Positions 12,201-23,868 of a stretch of DNA of 50,461 nucleotides are shown here, piece by piece. Location: the NCBI RefSeq assembly GCF_006345805.1, contig NW_021834257.1, positions 1 to 50,461 on the forward strand, in the 5' to 3' direction. The DNA comes from Octopus sinensis (lineage: Eukaryota). The translations under genes and the position numbers were made by a program. The notes beneath the pieces were generated by a model. That model had not been told where the DNA came from. It did no database searches and worked only from the letters and a program-made list of their open reading frames with translations. The first letter of the stretch is position 1; every line of letters starts with the position of its first letter.

Positions 12201-12749
12201 AGGGAGAGGAAAAAAGTACTTGTGTGGATGTGTATGCTTCAGAAAAAGCGTCAGGTGAGTATATAGAGCCTAGTATGAAATTAAATGAATGACAAAGGAA
12301 CAGGAAATGATGTTATGATCCTTTGAGTGCCCTGGGTGCACTGCATCCTGTAACCGAAACAGCTGTAAGATACCGAAGTTAATTACCTCATTTCAAGTTC
12401 CTTTGTCATTTAATCAATTTCGTATTAATCTCCATACTCACCTGTCCTATTTCTCTGATGTATATGCATATTCTGTTTTAAGACTTGGTTATTAGTATCG
12501 TTATGCCTTTGCGGAAATTTAACCCGCACACGCACACACACATATGCATATATATATATTTATATATATGTCTATATGTGTTTGCATATGTATTATATAT
12601 ATGTGTGTGTATATGTTTATATATATATATACTTTATTTAAAGCAACAGAAAATTCAACAAAACCTGTTACTCTGAGTTTCACGTTCACATTCGTCGGAT
12701 ACGGTATATATATATATTTAGAAGGTTTGGAGATGACGTACCGGTATTA

Positions 12750-13015
12750 TATATTAGAAGAAATGAGGCACTCAGAAATCCGGATGGTTTTATATTTACA
12801 GATATTTATTAATATGTCACATGTTTTATACATCATATATTATATATTAGCGCTTTCGTCCATTCTAGTGGAGTCTTCAAATATACAGATCAATTGAAGA
12901 CTCCACTAGAATGGACGAAAGCGCTAATATATGATATATGATGTATAAAAACTTACTAATAAATATCTGTAAATATAACACCATCCGGATTTCTGAGTAC
13001 CTTATTTCTTCTTCT

Positions 13016-13020
<5 letters not shown>
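12750..13020. repeat. Long inverted repeat (about 130-bp arms, 13-nt loop at 12881-12893) with hammerhead motifs
   Basis: Inner arms tattagcgctttcgtccattctagtggagtcttcaa / ttgaagactccactagaatggacgaaagcgctaata are perfectly complementary; outer arms (ctcagaaatccggatgg / ccatccggatttctgag) also match. Confidence 0.9.
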
Positions 13021-13049
<29 letters not shown>

Positions 13050-14149
13050 GTAGGTATGTATGAATGCATTTATGTTTGTATGCATGTGCACATGTAGAGA
13101 CACCAGTTCCTTCCTAAGAGGAAGTATTGAAAAAATCAAAAATGGAAGTGAACATACATGTATATCCATAGTTGCATGTGTAGATATGTACAAGCGCATG
13201 TATACACGCAGGATTCAAGTAGTCAGTTGAATCGACGTTCGTAAAGGATTCGCTAAAAACGTCATTGCGTCCTCAAAATTAAAACGTGAATCGATCCCAG
13301 CCGCTTCTGACTTTCTTCAGATATAAAGAAAAAATTTAATACCGTAATTAAAATGTTGAAACGAAAGTCATTACTAAATGCAACATAACGTAACGTTAGG
13401 AAGGGATTGGACGTACATAGAGAGCCTCACAGCTACATATGTTGTTTACTCTAGTCTTTCTGGAGTTAATTGCAATACAAGTTGGAAGCTTTGCACGAAT
13501 TGTTACACTGCATGTTATGGCCATTTTTGTTATTGTTCTCGTTGTTATTGCTTTTGGTGTTGGGTTTGTTTTATGTGTTGATCCTTAATTATTTCTATAG
13601 TAACGAGCGACTCCACCGGCCCAAAATAAATCACACGAAAATCACTAAATATGATGCGTTGAACATAAAACAACAATTCAATTAAAAAACAATCTTTAAA
13701 TTACAGGAGTATTCATGGATTTATTTTCAGCATATCATGTTGAAATATTAAACCTTAGCAATCATATTTTGATGTTGCTGAGAGTTAATTACTTAATTGT
13801 AATAGCAAAGAAATACAAGATATATCAGAAGGAAAAAAAAATTACAACGTAGAAAAGAGGGAAAAAAAAATGTTTCGCATTTTGAACTTACAAATGAATT
13901 GTTTGGTGATATTACGTGGTGAAATCAATAATGACGTCATCAGTGCGAGGGCGCCTAGCAAGTGTGATTGACCCTACTCCCACGGGTAGGGTTTAATAAC
14001 GATTTATATTGAGGGAAATACAAACACACATATACATATACACAGACATATACACGAACGTGTGTATGTATATACATGTGGATGTGTGTGAGTGTCAGTA
14101 CGTAAAATATGCGAGAAAAATACATTTGCACACGTACACATACACAGAC

Positions 14150-14267
14150 TCAAAAATAAATATACATATATATGAATACATACTTACACACACACACACA
14201 TATATATACATATATATAGAGATGCATGTACTCACATATATAATTATTATATATATATATATATAAT

Positions 14268-14308
<41 letters not shown>

Positions 14309-14354
14309 CAACACATACACGCATAAATACATTCATGCGTACATGCCTACATGC

Positions 14355-14389
<35 letters not shown>

Positions 14390-14449
14390 TATATATATAT
14401 GTATATATATATATATATGTATATATATACATGTACATATATATATATT

Positions 14450-14491
<42 letters not shown>

Positions 14492-14551
14492 CGCAAACAT
14501 ACATACATGCATGCCTACATACATACATGCATGTATATATATATATATATA

Positions 14552-14592
<41 letters not shown>

Positions 14593-14993
14593 ATGTGCAT
14601 ATATGCATGCGTGTGTATGAACACGTGCAAAAACATAGTAAAGCACATTTACATACCAAAACATACACATATGTATATGCTAAGAAATAAATTCTTCACG
14701 TCAGATTAACAGAACTAGATGTCGGACTGTGAGAAAATTCTTGATTGCAATATTGGGGAGAGAGGTGACTACATGGAACTTGAACTTGGATAAATAAAAT
14801 AATAAGGGAAATACAACCCTAATAATGGAATCCTAGAACATAATTTAATTAGAGGGATATCGTGCAATAGTGCACAAATTAACAATCAATACTAAGTGAA
14901 GGTTCCAATATTATTGGGAAAATAACGATATCGGAATGCATATTGGCTGCCACACGCATACCTTAATCTGCAGTTATGTTCTATTTTACAGCT

Positions 14994-15047
<54 letters not shown>

Positions 15048-15048
15048 T

Positions 15049-15081
<33 letters not shown>

Positions 15082-15113
15082 ATGTATGTATGTATGTATG
15101 TATATGTGTGTGT

Positions 15114-15150
<37 letters not shown>

Positions 15151-15170
15151 TGTATGTATGTATATATACG
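14150..15170. repeat. (TA)n, (TACA)n and (TG)n microsatellite clusters
   Basis: Tracts at about 14150-14680 and 14995-15170. Confidence 0.93.
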
Positions 15171-15414
15171 TAACTGTCGAACGATGAACATGAGTGCTCA
15201 ACACAGCATTGGTGGGTTTATTTCTTTATTGTGTTTCGTTGGTTTCATGTTAAGAAAAGTAGCAAAATATCCTACTATCTTAACTGTTTTTCAAGCCGAT
15301 CGCATGGAGAATCTTTTCGCCTCTATTTTGGTAAATATCGCGTTTAGTTCACAGGGTTCTCGTAAATTCATATTTCTAAAACAATGAATCAATAAATCAA
15401 AGGACGTTACTCCT

Positions 15415-16453
15415 GGGTGGCATCTTTTGGGCAATTCTTTGTGTGGTCAAATTGTTTGCAGTGTTTCGTTTTAGGCATGGGCATCGTGTTCTTATACTTG
15501 TTTGCTGAGGTAGTTCGTCATTGGGGAATATTTCTTCTTGGGTGGAGTTTGTGTGCTATGTGTATTCAAGTTAGGAAAGGGGTTCTCCTGGTGGGGTTAC
15601 CGTCGCAGATCGGGGCTCTTCTTTGAAATATTTTAGAGTAAAATATTGCTTGTGTATATTGGAATAGAAGTTTTAATCCCTAACGTTTAGAATACTATCT
15701 GCTGCTTGTATAATTTTTAATTTTTCGGTAATACTGATGTGACATTTGGTACCTTTCGTCTGTATTTTTTTAGCTTTAGCAATAATTTTCCATTCTGTCT
15801 GGAGGACCTTATTCCACCTTCTTTCAATGTCCACATTATATTTGACAGTGATGTTGCAAGTTTTTGTTTTTGTTTTTGTCCCTGAATGATGTCAGATTTT
15901 GTGTATACCATTCCTTTAGGGGGTTGCCCGTCATTCAGACATACGTCTTTGCTATTCCGTTGGGGTCCGTGATCTTGGGTTTGTATACGAGTTCTTTCTC
16001 GGGACAGTTGTTTAGATAAGGGATCTACAGTTGCATTGTTTTTCGGGGATGTTTCTGGCGTATTTATGTTTAATGTGAGTGAGTATTATTTACATGTGGG
16101 GGGGGGGGGCAACTATAGCTTAGTTTAACAGTATTCCTGTTGAAGATCATGTGTTTTTTGTGTGAATGTAGAAAGTGGTTGTCTATTAGTTTTAAGAATT
16201 GCCTAGTTGTGCTAGTAGCTACATTCATGCTATGAGGTGGGGTAAAGTATGATATTTTCCTCTGTCGCTGTCTTTTTGGTCTATTTATATTTGGTTCAAT
16301 GTAGTATAAGCTATTCTTGAAGTTGAACCTTTCTAATGCAGCATTATAATATGGGGCGGCTTTCTCAAAAATGTCCATGTCGGTGGATGAATTGGAGACA
16401 CGCCTGCCGATGGTTTGAACCGTTTGTTTAATTACTGCTGGTGGGTAATTATA
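15415..16453 (-). mobile_element. Penelope-like element fragment: RT thumb/linker plus GIY-YIG endonuclease (disrupted)
   Basis: NYPPAVIKQ...FEKAAPYYNAAL...RKISYFTPPHSMNV...FLKLIDNHF...IFNRNTVKLSYSC, then CNCR, LVYKPKIT...KTYV, TSLSNIMWTLK, WKIIAKA...EKLKII. Contains stops and frameshifts. Confidence 0.88.
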
Positions 16454-16560
16454 AAAAATAAAAGCATATATATATTTTTATTGCTTTTGCTTTTTAATGT
16501 TTCATTCTTTTAATGTTTCATACCCTATGTCTTATTGCTTGTAAGCTTACTACTTATACT

Positions 16561-16664
16561 ATCGCTTTGTCTTCTGACGAACCGCTAAGATACCAACATC
16601 GGTTGTCAAGCGATGATGCGAGGACAAACACAGACACAGAAATATATACACACACACACACTCG

Positions 16665-16698
<34 letters not shown>

Positions 16699-16864
16699 CG
16701 ACGGGCTTCTCCAGGTTTCCGTCTACCAAATTCGCTCACTAGGCTTTGATCGGCCCGAAGCTATAGTAGAAGGCAATTGCCCAAGGCACCACGAAGTGGG
16801 ATTGAAGCTAGAACCAAGGGAGTGCGAAGCAAGATTCTTACCACACAGCCACACCTGCGCCTAT
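16561..16864 (-). mobile_element. SINE-B
   Basis: Reverse copy with internal (CA)n(TA)n. Confidence 0.85.
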
Positions 16865-17261
16865 AGATATATATACTAATTCCTCAAAAGAATGTCTTCG
16901 AAGTTTCGGCTAAGCCATCGTCGGCTGCTCGAAATTTCAGTCACAGTCACGGATAATAAATTTGCCAAATATGGAATCAGTATGAACCAGAAATCACGTG
17001 GTTGCAAAGTGAGCTTCTTATTCACAAAGTCTTTCTGTTTATGTATATAAAGATTTTGAAAGAATTAAACTATTTTGTTCCTATCCCCCAGTTTAGCGAA
17101 GAGTACATATACACTGAGGCCAGATTTGAGATCGCCCATACACATGAAGGTACACCAGCGTCATGGAACGCGGACAGAATTAGACGTTTCAGAAAATGGC
17201 GGATACACAACGCTTAGTCGACAGTGAGAGGAGACAGAGAGAGCGAGTGAGTAAGAGAAGA

Positions 17262-17545
17262 GGCCATGACAACCGGCCAGATATTGATGTCAAGAACTGC
17301 ATCGTAAATGAAGTATCAGTCCCAACAGATGATAACGTATAACAGAAAAGAGAGATTATTCAAATATAAAGATCTGGATAGAGAGATAATCGCAAAGTGG
17401 TGACTGAAAACTGAAACAATCGCTATAATAATTGGTGCTTAGGGAATAATAAAATCTCATGCATCAAAATTCCAGATTTATAAATCTGAACAACATAGAG
17501 GAAAGTGAAATAGTAGCCCATTGTTAACATACAGAGTAATGTCAA
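17262..17545 (+). mobile_element. R4/Dong-type RLE endonuclease fragment
   Basis: DNRPDIDVK...EVSVPTDDNV...KYKDL...W*LKTETIAIIIGALGII matches the PD..D/E-K restriction-like endonuclease region. Confidence 0.7.
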
Positions 17546-17799
17546 TGGAGTAGAAATTACTGGAAAATGTAAAGAAAACACAGCACATTTCCATGTCGGA
17601 CACAAAAATGTAACACTTTTGAATGATAATGAAGATGATAATATTTATATTATCAACAACAAACGATATAAATCTTACGCTCAATACAGCGTAAGCCCAA
17701 AGAAGCTACATATGTGAGTAGCTAATATATATATATATAACTATATATATGTATATATGTATATATCTATATATATATATATAATATATATATATATAT

Positions 17800-17833
<34 letters not shown>

Positions 17834-18069
17834 CATATATATATATATATATATCTATATATATATATATTAATACATATATATATATATAACATATATA
17901 TATATACATATACATGCATATACATATACATATATACATATAAATATACATATACATATACATATTATATAACGGGAAGCTTTATGAAAATAGACAAAAG
18001 ACGAAGGCAGGTGGAAAACAAACGAACAATTGTATTAGTATGGCGCCCAGGAAATATAAATAAAACAAG

Positions 18070-18107
18070 TCTTTAACATTTCGAGCCTACGCTCTTCAAC
18101 AGAAAGA
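18070..18107 (-). ncRNA. Variant hammerhead (CUGUUGA core), copy 1
   Basis: UCUUU-CUGUUGA-A-GAGC(GUAG)GCUC-GAAA-U-GUU-AAAGA. Confidence 0.55.
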
Positions 18108-18618
18108 TACACAGAGAGAAAAAAAACACAGAAAGAAGGAGAGAAAAAAATGCGTGCAGTAGCTAACGAATCAACATGGCGATCTGATTTCGGCCAGAGG
18201 TCAAAGATCAAACATGAGACGCGAGAGCGAAATAAGGGGAGAAAAAAAAATTGGTAATATAAGAGAAAATAAAAATACAACAAACGGGACAGTTTATGCG
18301 AACAAGTTCAAGGTTGAAAGTTCAAGGTGAGAAATATGTAGACGTCGTGGTATATTTTTTAAGGATTTCACATCAATGCAAAGTCACTTTGATCCGCGAA
18401 AGAGAGGTGCAGCCAATGGTAAGTATCCAAGAGGTAAAGAAATCCAGGTAGAGGTAAGTGTTGATAGTGGTATTGGTAGAATATAGGATGAAAGTGAGAC
18501 CACGTGAGCGCATAATATATAACGGGAAGCTTTATGAAAATAGACAAAAGACGAAGGCAGGTGGAAACAAACGAACAATTGTATTAGTATGGCGCTCAGG
18601 AAATATAAATAAAACAAG

Positions 18619-18655
18619 TCTTTAACGTTCGAGCCTACGCTCTTCAACAGAAAGA
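18619..18655 (-). ncRNA. Variant hammerhead (CUGUUGA core), copy 2
   Basis: UCUUU-CUGUUGA-A-GAGC(GUAG)GCUC-GAAC-GUU-AAAGA, one A short in GAAAC. Confidence 0.5.
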
Positions 18656-19128
18656 TACACAGAGAGAGAAAAAACACAGAAAAAAGGAGAGAAAAAAATG
18701 CGTGCAGTAGCTAACGAATCAACATGGCGATCTGATTTCGGCCAGAGGTCAAAGATCAAACATGAGACGCGGGAGCGAAATAAGGGGAGAAAAAAATTGG
18801 TAATATAAGAGAAAATAAAAATACAACAAACGGGACAGTTTATGCGAACAAGTTCAAGGTTGAAAGTTCAAGGTGAGAAATGTGTAGACGTCGTGGTATA
18901 TTTTTTAAGGATTTCACATCAATGCAAAGTCACTTTGATCCGCGAAAGAGAGGTGCAGCCAATGGTAAGTATCCAAGAGATATATATACATATATATACA
19001 TATACATATACATGCATATACATATATATATATATATATACATATATACATATACATATATATACATACATATATACATATACATACATATACTATATAT
19101 ATATGTGGTATATGTATATATATAATAT

Positions 19129-19161
<33 letters not shown>

Positions 19162-19163
19162 AG

Positions 19164-21066
19164 TGGGTTGACTATTGAAAAGCATACGATATTATACCAC
19201 ACTCCTTGATAATAAGAATAATGGAAATGTATGGAATAGCAGAGAATATGAGAATATGAGAAGCCTTATATGGAATAGCATGAAATGCTGAAGAACGGAA
19301 ATGACAGCTGGGAAGTAAGTAGTAGGAGAGGTGAAAATCAAGAAGGGGGTCTTACAAAGGGACAATGTGTCCCCACTGATCTTTGTACTCGGAATTATCC
19401 ACTTGAGTAAAATACTACAGAAAACACAATTGAGGTATGACGTGGGAATAGGTAAAGGAAAACTGAACAACTTGCTATTCATGGGCCACTTAAAGTTTTT
19501 CTCAAAAACTGAGGCAGACTAGACAGCATAGTACAATCTGTGCGGATTTTCTCCAATGATATTAAGACGGACTTTGAGCTCTCAAAATGTGCTATCATAG
19601 TGATGATGCGTGGAAAGGTTGTCAGGGCAGAAGAAATAGGGTGAAATGATGGCAATTCAACCTCAACCTAGTTATAATTGCCTGGGAATACTTGAGGTAG
19701 ATGGAATTAATCACATCTATATGAAAGAAAAGACAAAGAAAGAGTACCTACGGTGTGTGAGAAAAAATATTGGCTTCAAAGTTGAATGCCAGGAACTTGC
19801 ATAATAAATTCGCGCGCAGTCGCAATAGTCCGGTACGGTGCTGGAATCCGAAAGTGGACAGCGGATGAGCTGAAGGAGATGGAGATGAAGTAAGGAAAGC
19901 TCGTAACGATGCATGAGATCCATCATCTACGTGCAGACACTGATCGCCTATACATGAAGAGAGCAGGTGGAAGAAGAGGACTGATGAGTGTGGAAGACTG
20001 TTTACGTATCGAACTCGAGATCTTAATGAGATACCTAGTCCAAAGTAAGGATACCTATTTCTTTACTACCCACAAGCGGCTGACCACAGAGGGGACAAAC
20101 AAGGACAGACAAACGGATTAAGTCGATTACATCGACCCCAGTACGTAACTGGTACTTAATTTATCGACCCCGAAAGGATGAAAGGCAAAGTTGACCTCGG
20201 TGGAATTTGAACTCAGAACGTAGCGGCTGACAAAATACCGCTAAGCATTTGACCCGGCGTGCTAACGTTTCTGCTAGTTCGCCGCCTTCCTAGCCCAAAG
20301 TAAGGATACCTTGGGTGACTTAGGAACAAGTGAGTACTGAGAGCAAAACAAAAGGGAAAACAAAGGAAGAAATAAAAAATTGACATGAAGAAGAATTACG
20401 CGAGAAGGGACTACACAATCGATTCCATGTAGTCACAATAGAAGTTGCTGGAAAAAACAAGTGGGACTGACTGAAGAAAGGGGCACTAAAAATAGAGAAC
20501 AAAAGTATTATACAGGCAGCACAAGGCAAAGCTTTGGCCACGAACTGGAGGGTCAGCCTTTAGAATGAACAAGTGTCTCTGCTGTGCCGCATTTGTAATA
20601 GAGTGGATGAAACCATTGCCCAAATCACAAACGAATGCTCTGCACTTGCCCAAAACCATTACAACTTGCGGCGACATGATCTGGTATGGATCATGTGCTA
20701 CATTGGAAACTGTGCGAAAAGTGGGAGCTAAAGAGTGGCAAGACGTGGTATGAGCATACAACCCCTTTATGTTTGCGTCTTTGACACGGCCAGAATAATC
20801 AGGAAGGCATTAGATAGATGAAAAGAATGGATAGCATTGCACCGTAGGCAGCAGGTAGCAAGCCCCCTATGCATGCAAGACCCCAGGTGTTCTAACAAAA
20901 ACTAAGGTCATGTGCTGTTTATCTTGATATGAGATCATCATGTCGCGCATATATGGTTGTGATGCATGTGCCTAGTGTACCCTTATCAGACGGGTAGTCA
21001 TGATGGGTATACTGGGCTTCGTATATTTTACCCCACTGTCACTTTGATGGCATGCACTGTTCTCTC

Positions 21067-21128
<62 letters not shown>
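19164..21128 (+). mobile_element. R4/Dong-clade non-LTR retrotransposon, 5'-truncated, internally deleted, with (AAT)n tail
   Basis: WVDY*KAYD, GVLQRDNVSPLIFVL, LLFMGHLK, SKCA, DRLYMKRAGGRRGL, CRICNRVDETIAQITNEC, RRHD, WYEH, LDTARIIRKALDR* (stop 20819-20821), 3' UTR, then (AAT)n at 21068-21128. Confidence 0.9.
20057..20290 (-). mobile_element. SINE-A inserted into the R4/Dong element
   Basis: TSD TAG(T/C)CCAAAGTAAGGATACCT at 20036-20056 and 20291-20311 (1 mismatch). Confidence 0.93.
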
Positions 21129-21129
<1 letters not shown>

Positions 21130-21347
21130 CCTTTACCTTCCACTAAAGGCACACGGCCTGAAATTTTGTAGGAGGGGAGTAGTCTATTACATCAACCCCT
21201 AATGATTTACTGATATTTAGTTTATATACCCGATAGGATGAATCGCAAAATCGATCTCGACAGAATTTGAACTCAGAACATAACGACGGACGAAATGCGC
21301 TAGGCACTTCGCCCGGCGTGCTAACGACTCTCGCAGCTCAACACCTT
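21130..21347 (-). mobile_element. SINE-A, alternative-tail variant (old)
   Basis: SINE-A head and core with a ggcacacggcctgaaattttg tail. Confidence 0.75.
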
Positions 21348-21354
21348 AGTAATG

Positions 21355-21437
<83 letters not shown>

Positions 21438-22134
21438 GTGATAATGATGATGCTAATAATAATAACAATAATAATGATAATAAAAATAATAGTAATAATG
21501 AAATAGTAATATAGTGGGAAATACGACCTTGAATGTGATTTATCCCGTATAAATTGTTAATTGTTATTGACCGACTTTCGTTGCACTCAACATCTTTTGT
21601 ATTCATTTCTCTTGACAGGAATGCAGAATCTAATTTTGCTCCGTTCTTCTATTAATAGCATAAATTTTCAACAGACAAACGAACGGCCTTTGAAACGTTA
21701 ATCAATAATATTTCACAGTATCCCATGTCGAAAGTTTTTTTTTCTCTCCATGTCAATCGATGGTGGGTGAATGCAACGTCAGTAATTATGATTTCGCAAA
21801 CTTGACTATGTAACTGTGTTATCGATGTAGTAACAATTACTAAAATGTGGAGCGATTCACAGCGGGGTAAATAAATATAATAAATAAGCACCATTGACAG
21901 AACAATGCACAGCCCAAAGCCTTCTAAATTGCAGCCGAGAATCAATAGAAATTACAATGCTTCTGCGTTTATATATACATAAGAAAGTATATTAAAGCAA
22001 GCATAAATCTACCATACTGTAATTTGTTTATTTCACACGATTGCTGGTTAATTACCAGGCTTACTCGCCTCGTATATGCATGTGTACGTTTATATATATG
22101 TGTGTTTGTGAGTGTGTGTATGTTTGTATGTATA

Positions 22135-22360
22135 CACGAAAATAAGGTGGAAAAATAGTACTCGAATACTGAAGGTAGAGTAATATGCTTTTTTAAAAAA
22201 TTAAAGGTGAGAAACCACTACAAAAAACTGCCACTCAGTGAATCACGTTCCCGTTCGTCGGACATTTTTTTATCTAGATTCTTCGTCACAACTGTCCGAC
22301 GAACGGGAACGGGAAATTCTGAGTAGCAGTCTTTTGTGCTTTTACAGCTTTAATAAAGAT
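22135..22360. mobile_element. Inverted Penelope-like termini with CCGACGA hammerhead-like motifs
   Basis: Perfect 19-bp inverted repeat at 22246-22264 / 22293-22311 that continues imperfectly outward (ctgagtggcagt / ctgagtagcagt). Confidence 0.6.
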
Positions 22361-22390
22361 ATAGAAAGATAGATAGATATATAGACAGAA

Positions 22391-22463
<73 letters not shown>

Positions 22464-22711
22464 CCATATATATATGCATATGATTTGATTTTGATTTTGA
22501 TTTTTCCAGTTTCAGCTCATGAGCTGTGGCCATGCTGGGGCACCGCCATTTGGTTTGCTACATGATTTTACCTCACGAATGCTTTTTAGCAACTGCCATT
22601 TGGTGCATGAGAGAGTTCGATGCAGCTGCCCTCATCTGCACCTCTTGCCGTGAAGTTGGTTCATCCGGGACACCTGACAGGAAGAGATCAGTCCTATATA
22701 TGTATATATAA

Positions 22712-22778
<67 letters not shown>

Positions 22779-22861
22779 ATCAAAATGCTATGGCAACAAA
22801 AGAATGACAGAGACCCCGATATTATGTAAATATAGGAGTTTATCTGTAAATGTAATTCGGT

Positions 22862-22933
22862 AGCCATGATAAAACCTCGAGTTTCGGATGCTGAGGTGGA
22901 AATCCATGCCGCCATCTCTTCAGTTATCTGGCC
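22862..22933 (-). ncRNA. Type I hammerhead ribozyme candidate with canonical core and long stem I
   Basis: GGCCAGAUAA-CUGAAGA-GAUG...CAUCC-GAAACUCGAGGUU/UUAUC(A)UGGCU: 10-bp stem I with one bulge; cleavage predicted after 22873. Confidence 0.6.
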
Positions 22934-23185
22934 ATCGGAAAAAGTTATACAAAGGAAAGTTACAGTGTGCTTGACCGTTGTTAAGACAAAAAAGGTATTT
23001 GAATAACCGCTAAGTGAGGGAGGGATTAAACGAAAGGGGGTAAAATGGTCGTAATATTCGCGTAAGTGCGCAAGTTCATACCTACACATGCGCGCCCGCA
23101 CACCCACGCACATGCGCCTAAAAGTATACACTCATCCACCCTCGGCTGAAATGTACACAACCTCACCCGCACCATTCTCATATAT

Positions 23186-23238
<53 letters not shown>

Positions 23239-23345
23239 CAAACCCGTACACACACGCGCACCAAAGGTTCATACACACGTCTATATACCCACAAGTACAA
23301 GAAAGCACAGAGATGAATTTCTACAGCTGGTATGGCATATTAATA

Positions 23346-23868
23346 TTGGGTTGTTCGGAAAGTTCGTGCCGATTTTTAAATCAACCAAATATAAACCATT
23401 TTATTGCACAATGCGTCTCCATCTTTCCTTTCACTTGAAAATACCCTCCTCCCAGAATTGAGGTGGTTCCATTGCAAAGGATTCATCAGGGTATCTTTTT
23501 ACGTTCATCCAAGGAATTGAAATTTTTACTATTAAGACTATTCTACAGAAACCTGAATAAGTGGAAATCCGAAGGAGCAATATCTGGTGAATATGGAGGG
23601 TGGAGTAACACATCCCAGTCGAGCTGCAGCAATTTTGTCTGGTTTCCAAAGCATCAAGTGACGAAAATGAACTTTCTTATCTTCCATTGTAAAGGCTTAC
23701 AAAATAACACATGTTATAGGAACAAAAATCTTCTTCCACGAAAAGATAGCTTAACCTGTTCTCTAAATGGAAGTGTAGTCAAATCCTATTTTATGAACTC
23801 AAACATGTTCTAAAATAAGTCGAATGGTAAACTACTGTAAATCGGCACGAACATTCCTGACAACCCAG
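23346..23868 (-). mobile_element. Internally deleted mariner (DD34D-type), 523 bp
   Basis: TIRs ttgggttgttcggaaagttcgtgccgattt / aaatcggcacgaacattcctgacaacccag, TA TSDs. Minus-strand MEDKKVHFRHLMLW is joined to TRQKLLQLDWDVLLHPPYSPDIAPSDFHLF. Confidence 0.9.

Larger units (their letters stand above)
17965..18979 (-). mobile_element. Tandem 550-bp-period repeat (pLTR- or retrozyme-like), each unit with a hammerhead motif, flanked by (TA)n
   Basis: aacgggaagc at 17971 and 18521; near-identical units at about 17965-18433 and 18515-18979, with an 81-bp unique spacer. Confidence 0.9.

Noticed and set aside
16890-16935. Hammerhead-like CCGACGA-U-GGC(UUA)GCC-GAAAC on the minus strand
   Set aside because: Stem II and a palindromic stem III are present, but U16.1 is absent and no stem I can form; at best a heavily decayed relic.
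22790-23025. Protein-coding exon on either strand around 22.8-23.0 kb
   Set aside because: Open frames exist, but no recognisable peptide or matched acceptor-donor pair; the ribozyme fold explains part of it better.
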